Positions 38,627 to 46,704 of a DNA stretch of 64,000 bases are shown here, one piece after another. The translations under genes and the position numbers were made by a program. The notes under the pieces are model-generated. The model was not told the origin of the DNA. It saw only the letters and a list, made by a program, of their open reading frames with translations, and ran no database searches. Within the stretch, counting starts at the first letter, position 1. The number at the start of each line of letters is the position of its first letter. This DNA comes from Acidobacteriota bacterium (GTDB taxonomy: Bacteria; Acidobacteriota; Terriglobia; Acidiferrales; UBA7541). The DNA lies in the NCBI GenBank assembly GCA_003165465.1, contig PLUM01000099.1:25022-89021 (forward strand). The letters run 5' to 3'.

Positions 38627-39502
38627 TCACTTCACCGCCAGCAGCGATTCATACCAATGCAGTGCGGGCGATCCGAAAAATACGACCAGCAGCGCGCCCG
38701 CTCCGAGAAATGTACCAAACGGCAGTTCGTAATCGCGGTCCTTTTTTGAAATTGCGATCAAAAAGATACCAATCACGCTGCCGAGAAGAGATCCGGCGAA
38801 AACCGTCATCAGGGCCCGCTTGATGCCAAGGAACGCTCCAACCGCCGCCATCATTTTTACGTCGCCCAGGCCCATGCCCTCGCGTCCGCGAATGCGGAAA
38901 TATCCCTCGGCGACAAACCAGAGCAAGCCACTGCCGGCCAGCGCTCCGAGAGCCGCGTCGGCAAAGGAAAGCGCGATTTGCGGGGGAGGGAAATCGAACC
39001 AGCGGTTGGCAATCCACAGAGCAGTGCCATCGAGCGATTTGCTGAAAAGACTGAAGAGCAGTCCCGCGCCCAACCCGAAGAAATTTACTTTGTCGGGAAG
39101 AATGCGTTCGCGAATGTCGGTGACCGTCAGGACGACGATCAGCGCCGCGAAAACAGCCCACTTCAAGGTTTCGACCGTCGGGCCAAAGGCAAGGTAGCAG
39201 GCCAGAAACAAGAGAGCGGTGAGCAATTCGACGGCCGGGTACATCGCGGAAATGCCTGTCTTGCAGTTGCGGCACTTGCCGCCAAGGAAAACCCAGCTCA
39301 GGACGGGAATATTGTCGTACGGCGCGATGGCATTGCCACACTTCGGGCAGCTCGATGAGGGCCGCACAATGGACTGATCCGCCGGAATCCGCAGAATGCA
39401 GACATTCAGGAAACTTCCGATCATCAAGCCGAATATAAATGCGCCAATGGGGATCACTCCTTGACTCTGCCACAGGCATCCCGCGCGGACAACGATTGTC
39501 AC
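38627..39502 (-). CDS. pilD: prepilin peptidase (A24 family, type IV leader peptidase/N-methyltransferase)
   Basis: CPKCG...CRNC zinc-binding pair, GLGDVKMM catalytic Asp motif, and a polytopic membrane profile. The start is uncertain (GTG 39502 or GTG 39457). Its stop lies 3 nt before the kinase start. Confidence 0.85.
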   Translation of the reverse strand: MTIVVRAGCLWQSQGVIPIGAFIFGLMIGSFLNVCILRIPADQSIVRPSSSCPKCGNAIAPYDNIPVLSWVFLGGKCRNCKTGISAMYPAVELLTALLFLACYLAFGPTVETLKWAVFAALIVVLTVTDIRERILPDKVNFFGLGAGLLFSLFSKSLDGTALWIANRWFDFPPPQIALSFADAALGALAGSGLLWFVAEGYFRIRGREGMGLGDVKMMAAVGAFLGIKRALMTVFAGSLLGSVIGIFLIAISKKDRDYELPFGTFLGAGALLVVFFGSPALHWYESLLAVK

Positions 39503-39566
39503 GCGCTACAGGAAGCAAACAGGCAACACCCGATAGTGACTCCGTGTGAGAGGCTCAATGGCTTTG

Positions 39567-39640
39567 GTAGCGCCGGCGTCCCGCCGGCTCCGTTACCATT
39601 TTTTAGAACTGGAAAACTGCCGGCGAGACGCCGGCGCTAC
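39567..39640. repeat. REPIN-like doublet, family C
   Basis: GTAGCGCCGGCGTCCCGCCGGC ... GCCGGCGAGACGCCGGCGCTAC. Confidence 0.85.
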
Positions 39641-39749
39641 TAAAACCAAGCCATCGAGGTCGCAAGGTTTTTCTGAGAACGAGTTATCACTCAAGACCCG
39701 CAAGTTTGACAGGTCCGTCGCCCGCCCCTATATTCGAGATTCACTGACC

Positions 39750-40787
39750 ATGGCCTGGTTGGAAGAAAAAATTCGCCGCTACGAGCACGCCCGGTGGACC
39801 ACCGATGACAATCGCCGGGTCTATCCCTTTGAATGGGGCATCGAGCATATTGGCGGCAGGGCCGATGAGCCCGATCCGCGCGGATTTCTGGACGCCTGGG
39901 TTGCCGAAACGCTGGCGCATAGCAACGAGTGGCTTGCCACGACGCCCGCCGAAGACTACGTATTGCATCCTCCCGAAAGCGGCGCGCCCGAGCAGGGCGT
40001 GCTCACGTTCACAAGCCAGATTGTGTCTCCGTGGGCGAACAACAATCTTGTGCACGCGCGTTTTTTTCGCGCCCGCGCGTCTGGGCCGGCCGTCGTTTTG
40101 CTGCCCAACTGGAACGCCAAGTGGAATGGCCAGGTCAACCTGTGCCGCTGGCTCGCTAAGCTTGGCATCAGCGCCCTACGTCTCTCGCTGCCGTATCACG
40201 ATCGCCGCGTCGCGCCGGGCCACGAGCGGGCCGATCAACTGGTGGGATCGAATGTGGGACTCACGATTCAGGCCACGCGCCAGGCCATTATGGATACGCG
40301 CCGCTGCCTTCGCTGGCTCGAACAGCAGGGATACGACCGGCTGGGCATTGTCGGGACGAGCATCGGCTCCGCAATCGGATCGATCACCATGGCGCACGAC
40401 CGCAGCGTCCGCGCGGGTGCGTTTCTGCATGTTTCCACGTATTTCGCGGACGTTGTTCGAACCGGAATGACGACGATGCACGTGTGGGAGGGGCTGCGGA
40501 ACAAAGTGACCGCGGACGAATTGCGCCACTACTGGACGCCCATCAGTCCCGTTCCATACATGGACAAGCTGCGAGACACCGGCCAGCGCCTATTGATGGT
40601 CAGCGGGCGCTACGATCCTACGTTTTGGTATGAATTCACGGACAAGATGTTTCAGACGTTGCGGCAGAAGGGAGTTCAACTGGAAACGATGACCATGCCG
40701 TGCGGACACTATTCCCTGGAGCTTGCGCCCTTCGCGTTTCCCGCGGGTCTGCGTCTGGGGCTTTTTTTGTGCGAAACGCTCGCCTGA
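39750..40787 (+). CDS. alpha/beta hydrolase fold protein
   Basis: GTSIGS nucleophile elbow and a C-terminal His region. The start is set at ATG 39750 because the ORF-track extension (from 39546) translates through a REP element. Confidence 0.75.
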   Translation: MAWLEEKIRRYEHARWTTDDNRRVYPFEWGIEHIGGRADEPDPRGFLDAWVAETLAHSNEWLATTPAEDYVLHPPESGAPEQGVLTFTSQIVSPWANNNLVHARFFRARASGPAVVLLPNWNAKWNGQVNLCRWLAKLGISALRLSLPYHDRRVAPGHERADQLVGSNVGLTIQATRQAIMDTRRCLRWLEQQGYDRLGIVGTSIGSAIGSITMAHDRSVRAGAFLHVSTYFADVVRTGMTTMHVWEGLRNKVTADELRHYWTPISPVPYMDKLRDTGQRLLMVSGRYDPTFWYEFTDKMFQTLRQKGVQLETMTMPCGHYSLELAPFAFPAGLRLGLFLCETLA

Positions 40788-40854
40788 AGAACCTGAAGAG
40801 ATGGATTAAAAGCAAATGGTCTCTCACGCAAATGATTCATGAAGCGAGATCAGC

Positions 40855-41628
40855 CTATCTCCAGACTTCGGCAATGCGGACGATGCCGGCAACCAACAAC
40901 CCTATGCCTGCGATGGAAGCGAAAATCTCTCCTTTAGGCAGAATCTTTTCGGCCATAACAAGAAGAGCAAGCGCAGCCACCCAGAACAGATTCATAACTC
41001 CCGTAACGAAAAGCAATGCCATCAGAATCCAGCAGCAACCCACGCAATATGCGCCGTGACGCAGGCCCATGATGAACACGCCCGCAGCGCCTTCCCGCCA
41101 TTCACTCATGAGAAAAGAAAGGGGCGACCGGCATCCTTGCAGGCAGGCTCGCTTGATTGGAGTCAGCTGAAACAATCCGGCCAAGATCAGGAGAGCGCCG
41201 TTGAGCGCGGCGCTCGTCGCCGACATCGTTGTGGATAAAAGCGCGGCCCGATGTAAACCCCATTCGGCCAGCGTGGCCACTGCCGAGTATGCCGTCCAGA
41301 CCGTAAGGTATCCGAGGAGGAAAATTCCGGTGGGCATGAGCCTGCGTTGGGCGGCGCTTCGATTCTGGTTCACCGTCAAAAAAGTCAGAATCATTGGCGC
41401 TGCCGACGGCGCCATCATGGCGACCATCATCACGGTCCACATCACGAAGAGAAGCAGTACGGCGGTCGCATCCCATGGCTGAGTATTCACCATGGACATG
41501 CCCGGCATATTCATGCCGGACATGACCATGGTGGCATTCATATGGAGCAGATACAACCATGCCAACAGAACCAGTGCGACAAGACAGGCAGAGACAATCA
41601 CCCGTTCGCGGCGAAAAATCGTGAGCAA
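40855..41628 (-). CDS. DUF2182 family integral membrane protein (predicted metal-binding)
   Basis: Polytopic and Met-rich (MNMPGMSM), with the conserved HGAYCVGCCW motif recalled for DUF2182. Confidence 0.8.
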   Translation of the reverse strand: MLTIFRRERVIVSACLVALVLLAWLYLLHMNATMVMSGMNMPGMSMVNTQPWDATAVLLLFVMWTVMMVAMMAPSAAPMILTFLTVNQNRSAAQRRLMPTGIFLLGYLTVWTAYSAVATLAEWGLHRAALLSTTMSATSAALNGALLILAGLFQLTPIKRACLQGCRSPLSFLMSEWREGAAGVFIMGLRHGAYCVGCCWILMALLFVTGVMNLFWVAALALLVMAEKILPKGEIFASIAGIGLLVAGIVRIAEVWR

Positions 41629-41634
41629 GGCAAT

Positions 41635-42261
41635 CTACCCGTTTGACCAGTCGAACGGGTACAAAATCCAGTTGGATTTGTTTCCGGACAATTCGATTCC
41701 CGAGGCCTTCACGTGGAAGGTTCCCTGGCCGCATTCCCCCTTCTTCCAAATAAATCCGTCGGGAAGATCGATATTGACGCGATGATCCTCGCCCGTTACG
41801 GGGTTCTTCAGATTGTCGCCTCGACCCTCGCCAACGCCCTCGGCCTTAAATACTTTTTTCAGTCCTTGCCCCTCGATCGTGATTTTGCTCTTCACCAGGC
41901 CTTTCACTTCAAATGTCGGTCCCAGCAGTTCCCATGGCATGCCCCCCAGTTTTCCGGTGAATATCTGTGCGAGCGCCTCGATCTGTTTATCGGTTGTGGC
42001 AGGCTCAACGACAAAAACGCATTGCCCGTGTCCTTCATGGATGGCCTTCGGCCAGTCAAGAATAGCCGCGCATTTCAATCCGGAAAGATTGACGTCTCCG
42101 CAGGAGCCACCCTGGATATCCACTCCTACAAACGCCCGGCAGCTTCCATCCGCTGAATTCGGAAATCCGCCGAAATTGCAACCACAGCCAAAATCGCAGT
42201 TGCAGAATTCATAGCCTTGCCCTTTAAGAGACCAACGCGTTGCTGTGCCAGTCGTTGCCAT
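41635..42261 (-). CDS. DUF1326 family protein (Cys-rich soluble partner of DUF2182)
   Basis: N-terminal CNCDFGCGC cysteine cluster typical of DUF1326. AAGGAGGAG SD. Its stop lies 6 nt before the DUF2182 start. Confidence 0.8.
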   Translation of the reverse strand: MATTGTATRWSLKGQGYEFCNCDFGCGCNFGGFPNSADGSCRAFVGVDIQGGSCGDVNLSGLKCAAILDWPKAIHEGHGQCVFVVEPATTDKQIEALAQIFTGKLGGMPWELLGPTFEVKGLVKSKITIEGQGLKKVFKAEGVGEGRGDNLKNPVTGEDHRVNIDLPDGFIWKKGECGQGTFHVKASGIELSGNKSNWILYPFDWSNG

Positions 42262-42473
42262 ATCTCCTCCTTTTCTTTGATTTTGCCATTATCCCCAGGA
42301 TTGCCATATTGGTTCGCATTGGAAGTGGATAACGTACACCCAATTCCGACGGCGCACAATATTCCTGCTCATTCTTGTCCGTGGGATTTGTTTGCCGCAG
42401 TGAAATCATTCCAGGTCCGAGAAATCGTTTGGATTGCCTGGCTTGGATCGAAGAGCGATTTCTCGTTTCGCTC

Positions 42474-42491
42474 GAAACGACATAGTAAAGA
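42474..42491. promoter_or_regulatory. 18-bp palindrome in the leader upstream of the DUF1326-DUF2182 pair (candidate operator)
   Basis: TCGTTTCGCTCGAAACGA (8-bp half-sites, 2-bp centre) lies about 215 nt upstream of the DUF1326 start, in a lower-GC spacer. Confidence 0.2.
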
Positions 42492-42546
42492 CGTTCTCCG
42501 TAAGTTGTAAGCAGGTTGCGAAAAAATCGTTGCGAAGCGGGTTATA

Positions 42547-42574
42547 GCAGCACAGGCACTCTTGGTTGTGCTAC
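42547..42574. repeat. single REP-like hairpin with CTAC tail overlapping a stop codon
   Basis: GCAGCACAGGCACTCTTGGTTGTGCTAC. The CTA at 42571-42573 is the thioesterase TAG stop on the minus strand. Confidence 0.55.
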
Positions 42575-43023
42575 GGGTTGGTTGCCGGAGTGGAAGCCGA
42601 TTCGGCAGCTTCAAAATTAAAATAGCGGCGGTACTTATCCGGCAGCGGCTTGGCGCGTCCGTTGCTGCCGCAGACGACGTGAAGCGTTTCGCCCGTGGCC
42701 AGCAACTCGTTGGTTTCGTCATGAAAAATTTCGTATCCGAAAGTAATCGTGCGGCGCCTGGCCGAGACGACGCGCGTGCGAATGCGCAGCGGATCGTCAT
42801 AGTGGGCCGGGCGGCGATAGCGGCATTTCGACTCGGCCACGAACAGGAACGTCTGATCTTCCAGCTCCATGCGCCGGTAATCGACGCCCTTGTGGCGCAT
42901 GTATTCGACGCGCCCAATCTCAAAATAAATGTAGTAGTTGGCGTAATACACGACGCCCATGTTGTCGGTCTCGGCGTAGCGCACGCGTACTACGTGGTCG
43001 AAGAATTCGCTCGTCTCGCTCAT
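42571..43023 (-). CDS. acyl-CoA thioesterase (4HBT/YbgC family hotdog fold)
   Basis: VRYAETDNMGVVYYANY motif. Confidence 0.85.
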   Translation of the reverse strand: MSETSEFFDHVVRVRYAETDNMGVVYYANYYIYFEIGRVEYMRHKGVDYRRMELEDQTFLFVAESKCRYRRPAHYDDPLRIRTRVVSARRRTITFGYEIFHDETNELLATGETLHVVCGSNGRAKPLPDKYRRYFNFEAAESASTPATNP

Positions 43024-43078
43024 CGGGATGAAAATTGTAGCAGAACGGCGGCGTGCCGCGCTCGGGCAGGAAGGTAGT

Positions 43079-43861
43079 TCATTTTCCGGGCCAACGGGGC
43101 GCGCGTTTTTCGAGGAACGACGCGAGGCCTTCGCGAAAATCCTCAGTGGACCTGATGTGCGCGCTCCCGGCCTTGGCCAGTTCGAGTTCGCGGTCGATTT
43201 CCGGCGCCGCCAAATCGCATAACAGCTTCTTGGTCATGCGAAGGCTGACGGGGCTGCATGCGATCAAAACCGACGCGAGGATTTTCGCGGCGCTCATCAA
43301 TTCTTCGGCGGACGCGATTTGCGTGACGAGTCCCAGGCGATGGGCCTCGGTCGCGTCGATCGTCTTTCCCGTCAGGAGCAGATCGCGCGCCTGTTTTTCT
43401 CCAATTTGGCGCACGAGGAAAACGGACACGACGGCGGGCAAAAATCCGATGCGCACTTCCGGGTATCCGAATTTCGCTTCCGGCACGGCAATCGTGAAGT
43501 CGCACAGCGTGGCAATGCCGCACCCGCCGGCAATCGCGGCTCCATTCACGGCGGCGATGGTCGGCTTCGAAAAACTCCAAATCCGGCGGCAAAGCCGCGC
43601 CAGACGGTCCGCATCTTCCAGTTGTTCGGCGGGGGACTGCGTTGCAAGCACTTTCAAGGCGTCCAAATCCATGCCGGAACAGAATGCCTTGCCCGCGCCG
43701 GTCAAAATCAAGACACGCGCGGGGCTGGCCTCAACCTCGCCAAAAGCCTTGAGAAGCTCCGCGATCATTTCGGTGGAGATCGCATTGCGCTTCTCCGGCC
43801 TGTTGAGCGTGATTGTGGCGATTCCGCCGGAGAATTGGAGATGGAGCGTTTGGTATGGCAT
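43079..43861 (-). CDS. enoyl-CoA hydratase/isomerase family protein (methylglutaconyl-CoA hydratase candidate by context)
   Basis: ITLNRPEKRNA, FCSGMDL, and the crotonase fold. The start is set at ATG 43861. The ORF-track extension to 44272 overlaps the HMG-CoA lyase gene. Confidence 0.85.
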   Translation of the reverse strand: MPYQTLHLQFSGGIATITLNRPEKRNAISTEMIAELLKAFGEVEASPARVLILTGAGKAFCSGMDLDALKVLATQSPAEQLEDADRLARLCRRIWSFSKPTIAAVNGAAIAGGCGIATLCDFTIAVPEAKFGYPEVRIGFLPAVVSVFLVRQIGEKQARDLLLTGKTIDATEAHRLGLVTQIASAEELMSAAKILASVLIACSPVSLRMTKKLLCDLAAPEIDRELELAKAGSAHIRSTEDFREGLASFLEKRAPRWPGK

Positions 43862-43903
43862 ACGTGCGTGCCCTCTGTGAGTTTCCGTTGATCGCAGAAA
43901 ACC

Positions 43904-43973
43904 CCCGGGTCTGAAGACCCGGGCTACAGCAACCCTACGCGCGTTGTTGTAGCCCGCGTCTTCAGAGGCGGGG
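43904..43973. repeat. REP pair, family D
   Basis: CCCGGGTCTGAAGACCCGGGCTAC ... GTAGCCCGCGTCTTCAGAGGCGGGG. Lies between the HMG-CoA lyase and enoyl-CoA hydratase genes. Confidence 0.8.
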
Positions 43974-43979
43974 AATTTC

Positions 43980-44876
43980 TTATTGCGCTTGCGCCACGCG
44001 CGCATATTTAGCGCGAATTTCCTCGGCCAGCGCGATGGCCGTTCCGAGCGCTTCCACTTGAATTCCCACGTCCGCGCCGCGAGAGGCGAGCGCCGCGAGA
44101 ATCGTTTCCGTCGCGATGTTGCCCACCAGATCGTCGCCGGCGAAGGGGCATCCGCCCAGCCCCGTGAGCGCTCCATCGAACCGGCGGCAGCCGGCATCGT
44201 AGGCCGCGAGAACTTTTTCCGCGGCGCCTTCGGCGCGGCTGTGCAGATGCACGCCCAACTCGACGCCCGCAACGCAGTCCTTCACGGCGGTGTAGAGCGC
44301 GCCCACCTGTTCGGGAGAGGCGTTTCCCACGGTATCGGCGAGCGACACAGTTCGCACGCCGGCATCCTTCAGCCAAACGAGCGCGTCCTCGACAATCTCC
44401 GGGCCCCAGGGCTCCTCATACGGATTGCCGAACGCCATCGAAATGTAGACCACCAGTCCGTGCCCGGACGCCTTCGTGGCTTTGCGCAATTCCTGGACGA
44501 GCCCGCGCGATTCTCCGCGGCTCATGTTGGCGTTCGCGCGGCGAAAGTAGGCGGAGATGGAATACGGATACCCGATGGTCGTCACGCCCGGCGTGGACAG
44601 GGCGCGCTGAATGCCTTGTTCGTTCACGACGATGCCGATGATTTCGGGCTGCGCCGCGTTCGCAGGAATACCGGAAAGGAAACCTTTCATCACGTCTTCG
44701 CTGTCGGCCATTTGCTTGACGTGCGTGGGCGAAACGAAGCTGACCGCGTCGATATGTTTGAATCCTGCGGAGGCAAGCTGAAGGAGATAATCCACCTTCA
44801 GTTGCGTTGGAATGATTTCCGTCAATCCTTGCCATGCATCTCGTGGGCATTCGATAATTTTTACAGTTTCGGGCAA
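43980..44876 (-). CDS. hydroxymethylglutaryl-CoA lyase
   Basis: ECPRDAWQG N-terminal motif, a VGNASP segment aligning with the HMGL GxGxP motif, GVHLH, and GLGGCPF. Confidence 0.9.
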   Translation of the reverse strand: MPETVKIIECPRDAWQGLTEIIPTQLKVDYLLQLASAGFKHIDAVSFVSPTHVKQMADSEDVMKGFLSGIPANAAQPEIIGIVVNEQGIQRALSTPGVTTIGYPYSISAYFRRANANMSRGESRGLVQELRKATKASGHGLVVYISMAFGNPYEEPWGPEIVEDALVWLKDAGVRTVSLADTVGNASPEQVGALYTAVKDCVAGVELGVHLHSRAEGAAEKVLAAYDAGCRRFDGALTGLGGCPFAGDDLVGNIATETILAALASRGADVGIQVEALGTAIALAEEIRAKYARVAQAQ

Positions 44877-44913
44877 TGTGAATCCTTATGAGTTTAGAAT
44901 TTAAATCAGATCA

Positions 44914-46590
44914 TTACGTTTGCAATACGCCGGTTTTAAAATCCTTCACTTCCGGATTTAGCGCCGCCGCTTCCAGCGCCCAAATCAACGCCTCGCGCGT
45001 CTGTGCCGGGTCTATTATTGCATCCACCCACAGGCGCGCCGCGGCGTAGCGCGGATCGGTCTGATGTTCGTACGTGGCGCGGATGGATTCGTTCAGTTCT
45101 TTTTTGTCGGCATTGGAGAGTTTTTTGCCTTCGCGTTCGAGCTGTTTGATCTTGATTTCGACCAGCGTGGACGCGGCGGAATCGCCGCTCATCACGGCGT
45201 AGCGCGCGGTCGGCCAGGCGAACATAAATCGCGGGTCGTACGCTTTTCCGCACATGGCGTAGTGGCCCGCTCCGAAACTTCCGCCGCAGATCACCGCGAT
45301 TTTTGGAACCACACTGTTTGCGACGGCGTTCACCATTTTCGCACCCGCTCGAATGATGCCGCTCCACTCCGCCTCCTTGCCCACCATGAATCCGTTGACG
45401 TCGTGCAGGAAAATGAGCGGCACGAGATGCTGGTTGCAGTCGAGGATAAAGCGCGCGGCCTTTTCCGCTGATTCAGTGTAGATTACGCCGCCGAATTCGA
45501 TGCGGCGCTCTCCGCTCGCCGCGTCGATGGTCGGGACGTGCTGCTTGTTATTGGCGACGATTCCCACGGCCCAGCCGCCGATGCGCGCGTAGCCGCACAG
45601 CACGGTCTTGCCGTATTCGGCGCGATACTCCTCGAATTTGCTGCCGTCACAGATGCGGGCGATCACTTCGCGCATGTCGTACTGGCGCGCAGGGTCCGAC
45701 GAAAAAATGCCGTAGATTTCCTCGGGCGGGTACAAAGGATTTTCGGATTCCTTGAAGTCAAAACGCGCGGCGGCCGGATGCCCCATCTTGTCGACCAGCG
45801 CGCGGATGCGCGCGAGGCACGAGTCATCGTCCGGCTCGCGGAAATCGACCGTGCCGCTGATTGCGGCGTGCATTTTCGCGCCGCCCAGATCCTCGGCGGA
45901 AATTTTCTGCCCGATCGCCGCCTGCACGAGCGCCGGCCCCGCGAGGAACAGCCCCGAGCCTTCGGTCATCAGAATGTGATCGCACATCACGGGCAGATAC
46001 GCTCCGCCAGCGACGCACATCCCCATGATGGCCGTGATCTGCGGAATGCCCATCGCGCTCATGACAGCGTTGTTGCGGAACACCCGGCCGAAATCGTCGG
46101 TGTCCGGGAACACGTCCTCCTGGAGCGGCAGAAACACGCCGGAGGAATCGACCAGGTAAATCGTGGGAATGTGATTGTCGATGGCAATGTTTTGCGCGCG
46201 AATCACTTTTTTCGCGGTGAGAGGGAAGAAGGCTCCGGCCTTCACCGTGGCGTCGTTGGCGATGATCATCGTGAGGCGCCCGCAGATGTGCGCAAGTCCA
46301 GTGATCGTGCCGGCGGCGGGAGCGCCGCCCCACTCCGTGTACATTTCGTACGCGGCGTAAATTCCCAGCTCGAAAAACGCAGTGTGCGGATCGATCAGGC
46401 GGGCGATGCGTTCGCGAGCGGTCAGTCGGGATTTTTTGTGCTGCGCTTCGATGGCGCGCGCGCCGCCACCTTCGTGGATGGAGGTTTCCTGATTCTTGAT
46501 TGCAGTGAGGAGGTCCACCATGCGGCGGGTATTCTTCTCGAAGTCAGGCGAGTTTCGGTTGACCTTGGTTTCAACGACGGAACTCGTCAA
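44914..46590 (-). CDS. acyl-CoA carboxylase carboxyltransferase (beta) subunit, methylcrotonoyl-CoA carboxylase-like
   Basis: About 558 aa of the carboxyl_trans family (ANDATVKAG, GMCVAGGAY, GGSFGAGHYAM). TTG start with GGAGGAG SD. Confidence 0.9.
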   Translation of the reverse strand: MTSSVVETKVNRNSPDFEKNTRRMVDLLTAIKNQETSIHEGGGARAIEAQHKKSRLTARERIARLIDPHTAFFELGIYAAYEMYTEWGGAPAAGTITGLAHICGRLTMIIANDATVKAGAFFPLTAKKVIRAQNIAIDNHIPTIYLVDSSGVFLPLQEDVFPDTDDFGRVFRNNAVMSAMGIPQITAIMGMCVAGGAYLPVMCDHILMTEGSGLFLAGPALVQAAIGQKISAEDLGGAKMHAAISGTVDFREPDDDSCLARIRALVDKMGHPAAARFDFKESENPLYPPEEIYGIFSSDPARQYDMREVIARICDGSKFEEYRAEYGKTVLCGYARIGGWAVGIVANNKQHVPTIDAASGERRIEFGGVIYTESAEKAARFILDCNQHLVPLIFLHDVNGFMVGKEAEWSGIIRAGAKMVNAVANSVVPKIAVICGGSFGAGHYAMCGKAYDPRFMFAWPTARYAVMSGDSAASTLVEIKIKQLEREGKKLSNADKKELNESIRATYEHQTDPRYAAARLWVDAIIDPAQTREALIWALEAAALNPEVKDFKTGVLQT

Positions 46591-46704
46591 GTGGAACTCC
46601 TCCGGAACGATTTCCCGAGTCGCATGCTAAGACGACGAAGCGACAGTATAAGCCGATTCCGGAAGTTCCGCATCGTTTGCGGCCCACCCCCAAAGCGCGA
46701 ACTC

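Noticed and set aside
38649-39518. 289-aa alternate-frame ORF overlapping pilD
   Set aside because: The 38627-39502 frame carries the prepilin-peptidase Cys pairs and the GDVK motif. The alternate frame is Arg/Gly-rich noise.
43862-44272. N-terminal extensions of ORF-track entries (43079-44272, 31738-33057, 39546-40787, 50142-51506, 26047-26988, 33992-34804, 60007-60888)
   Set aside because: The extensions overlap neighbouring genes or translate REP elements (for example …GFSLCSF…QAEACAT…). Internal starts with SD sequences give proteins of normal family length.
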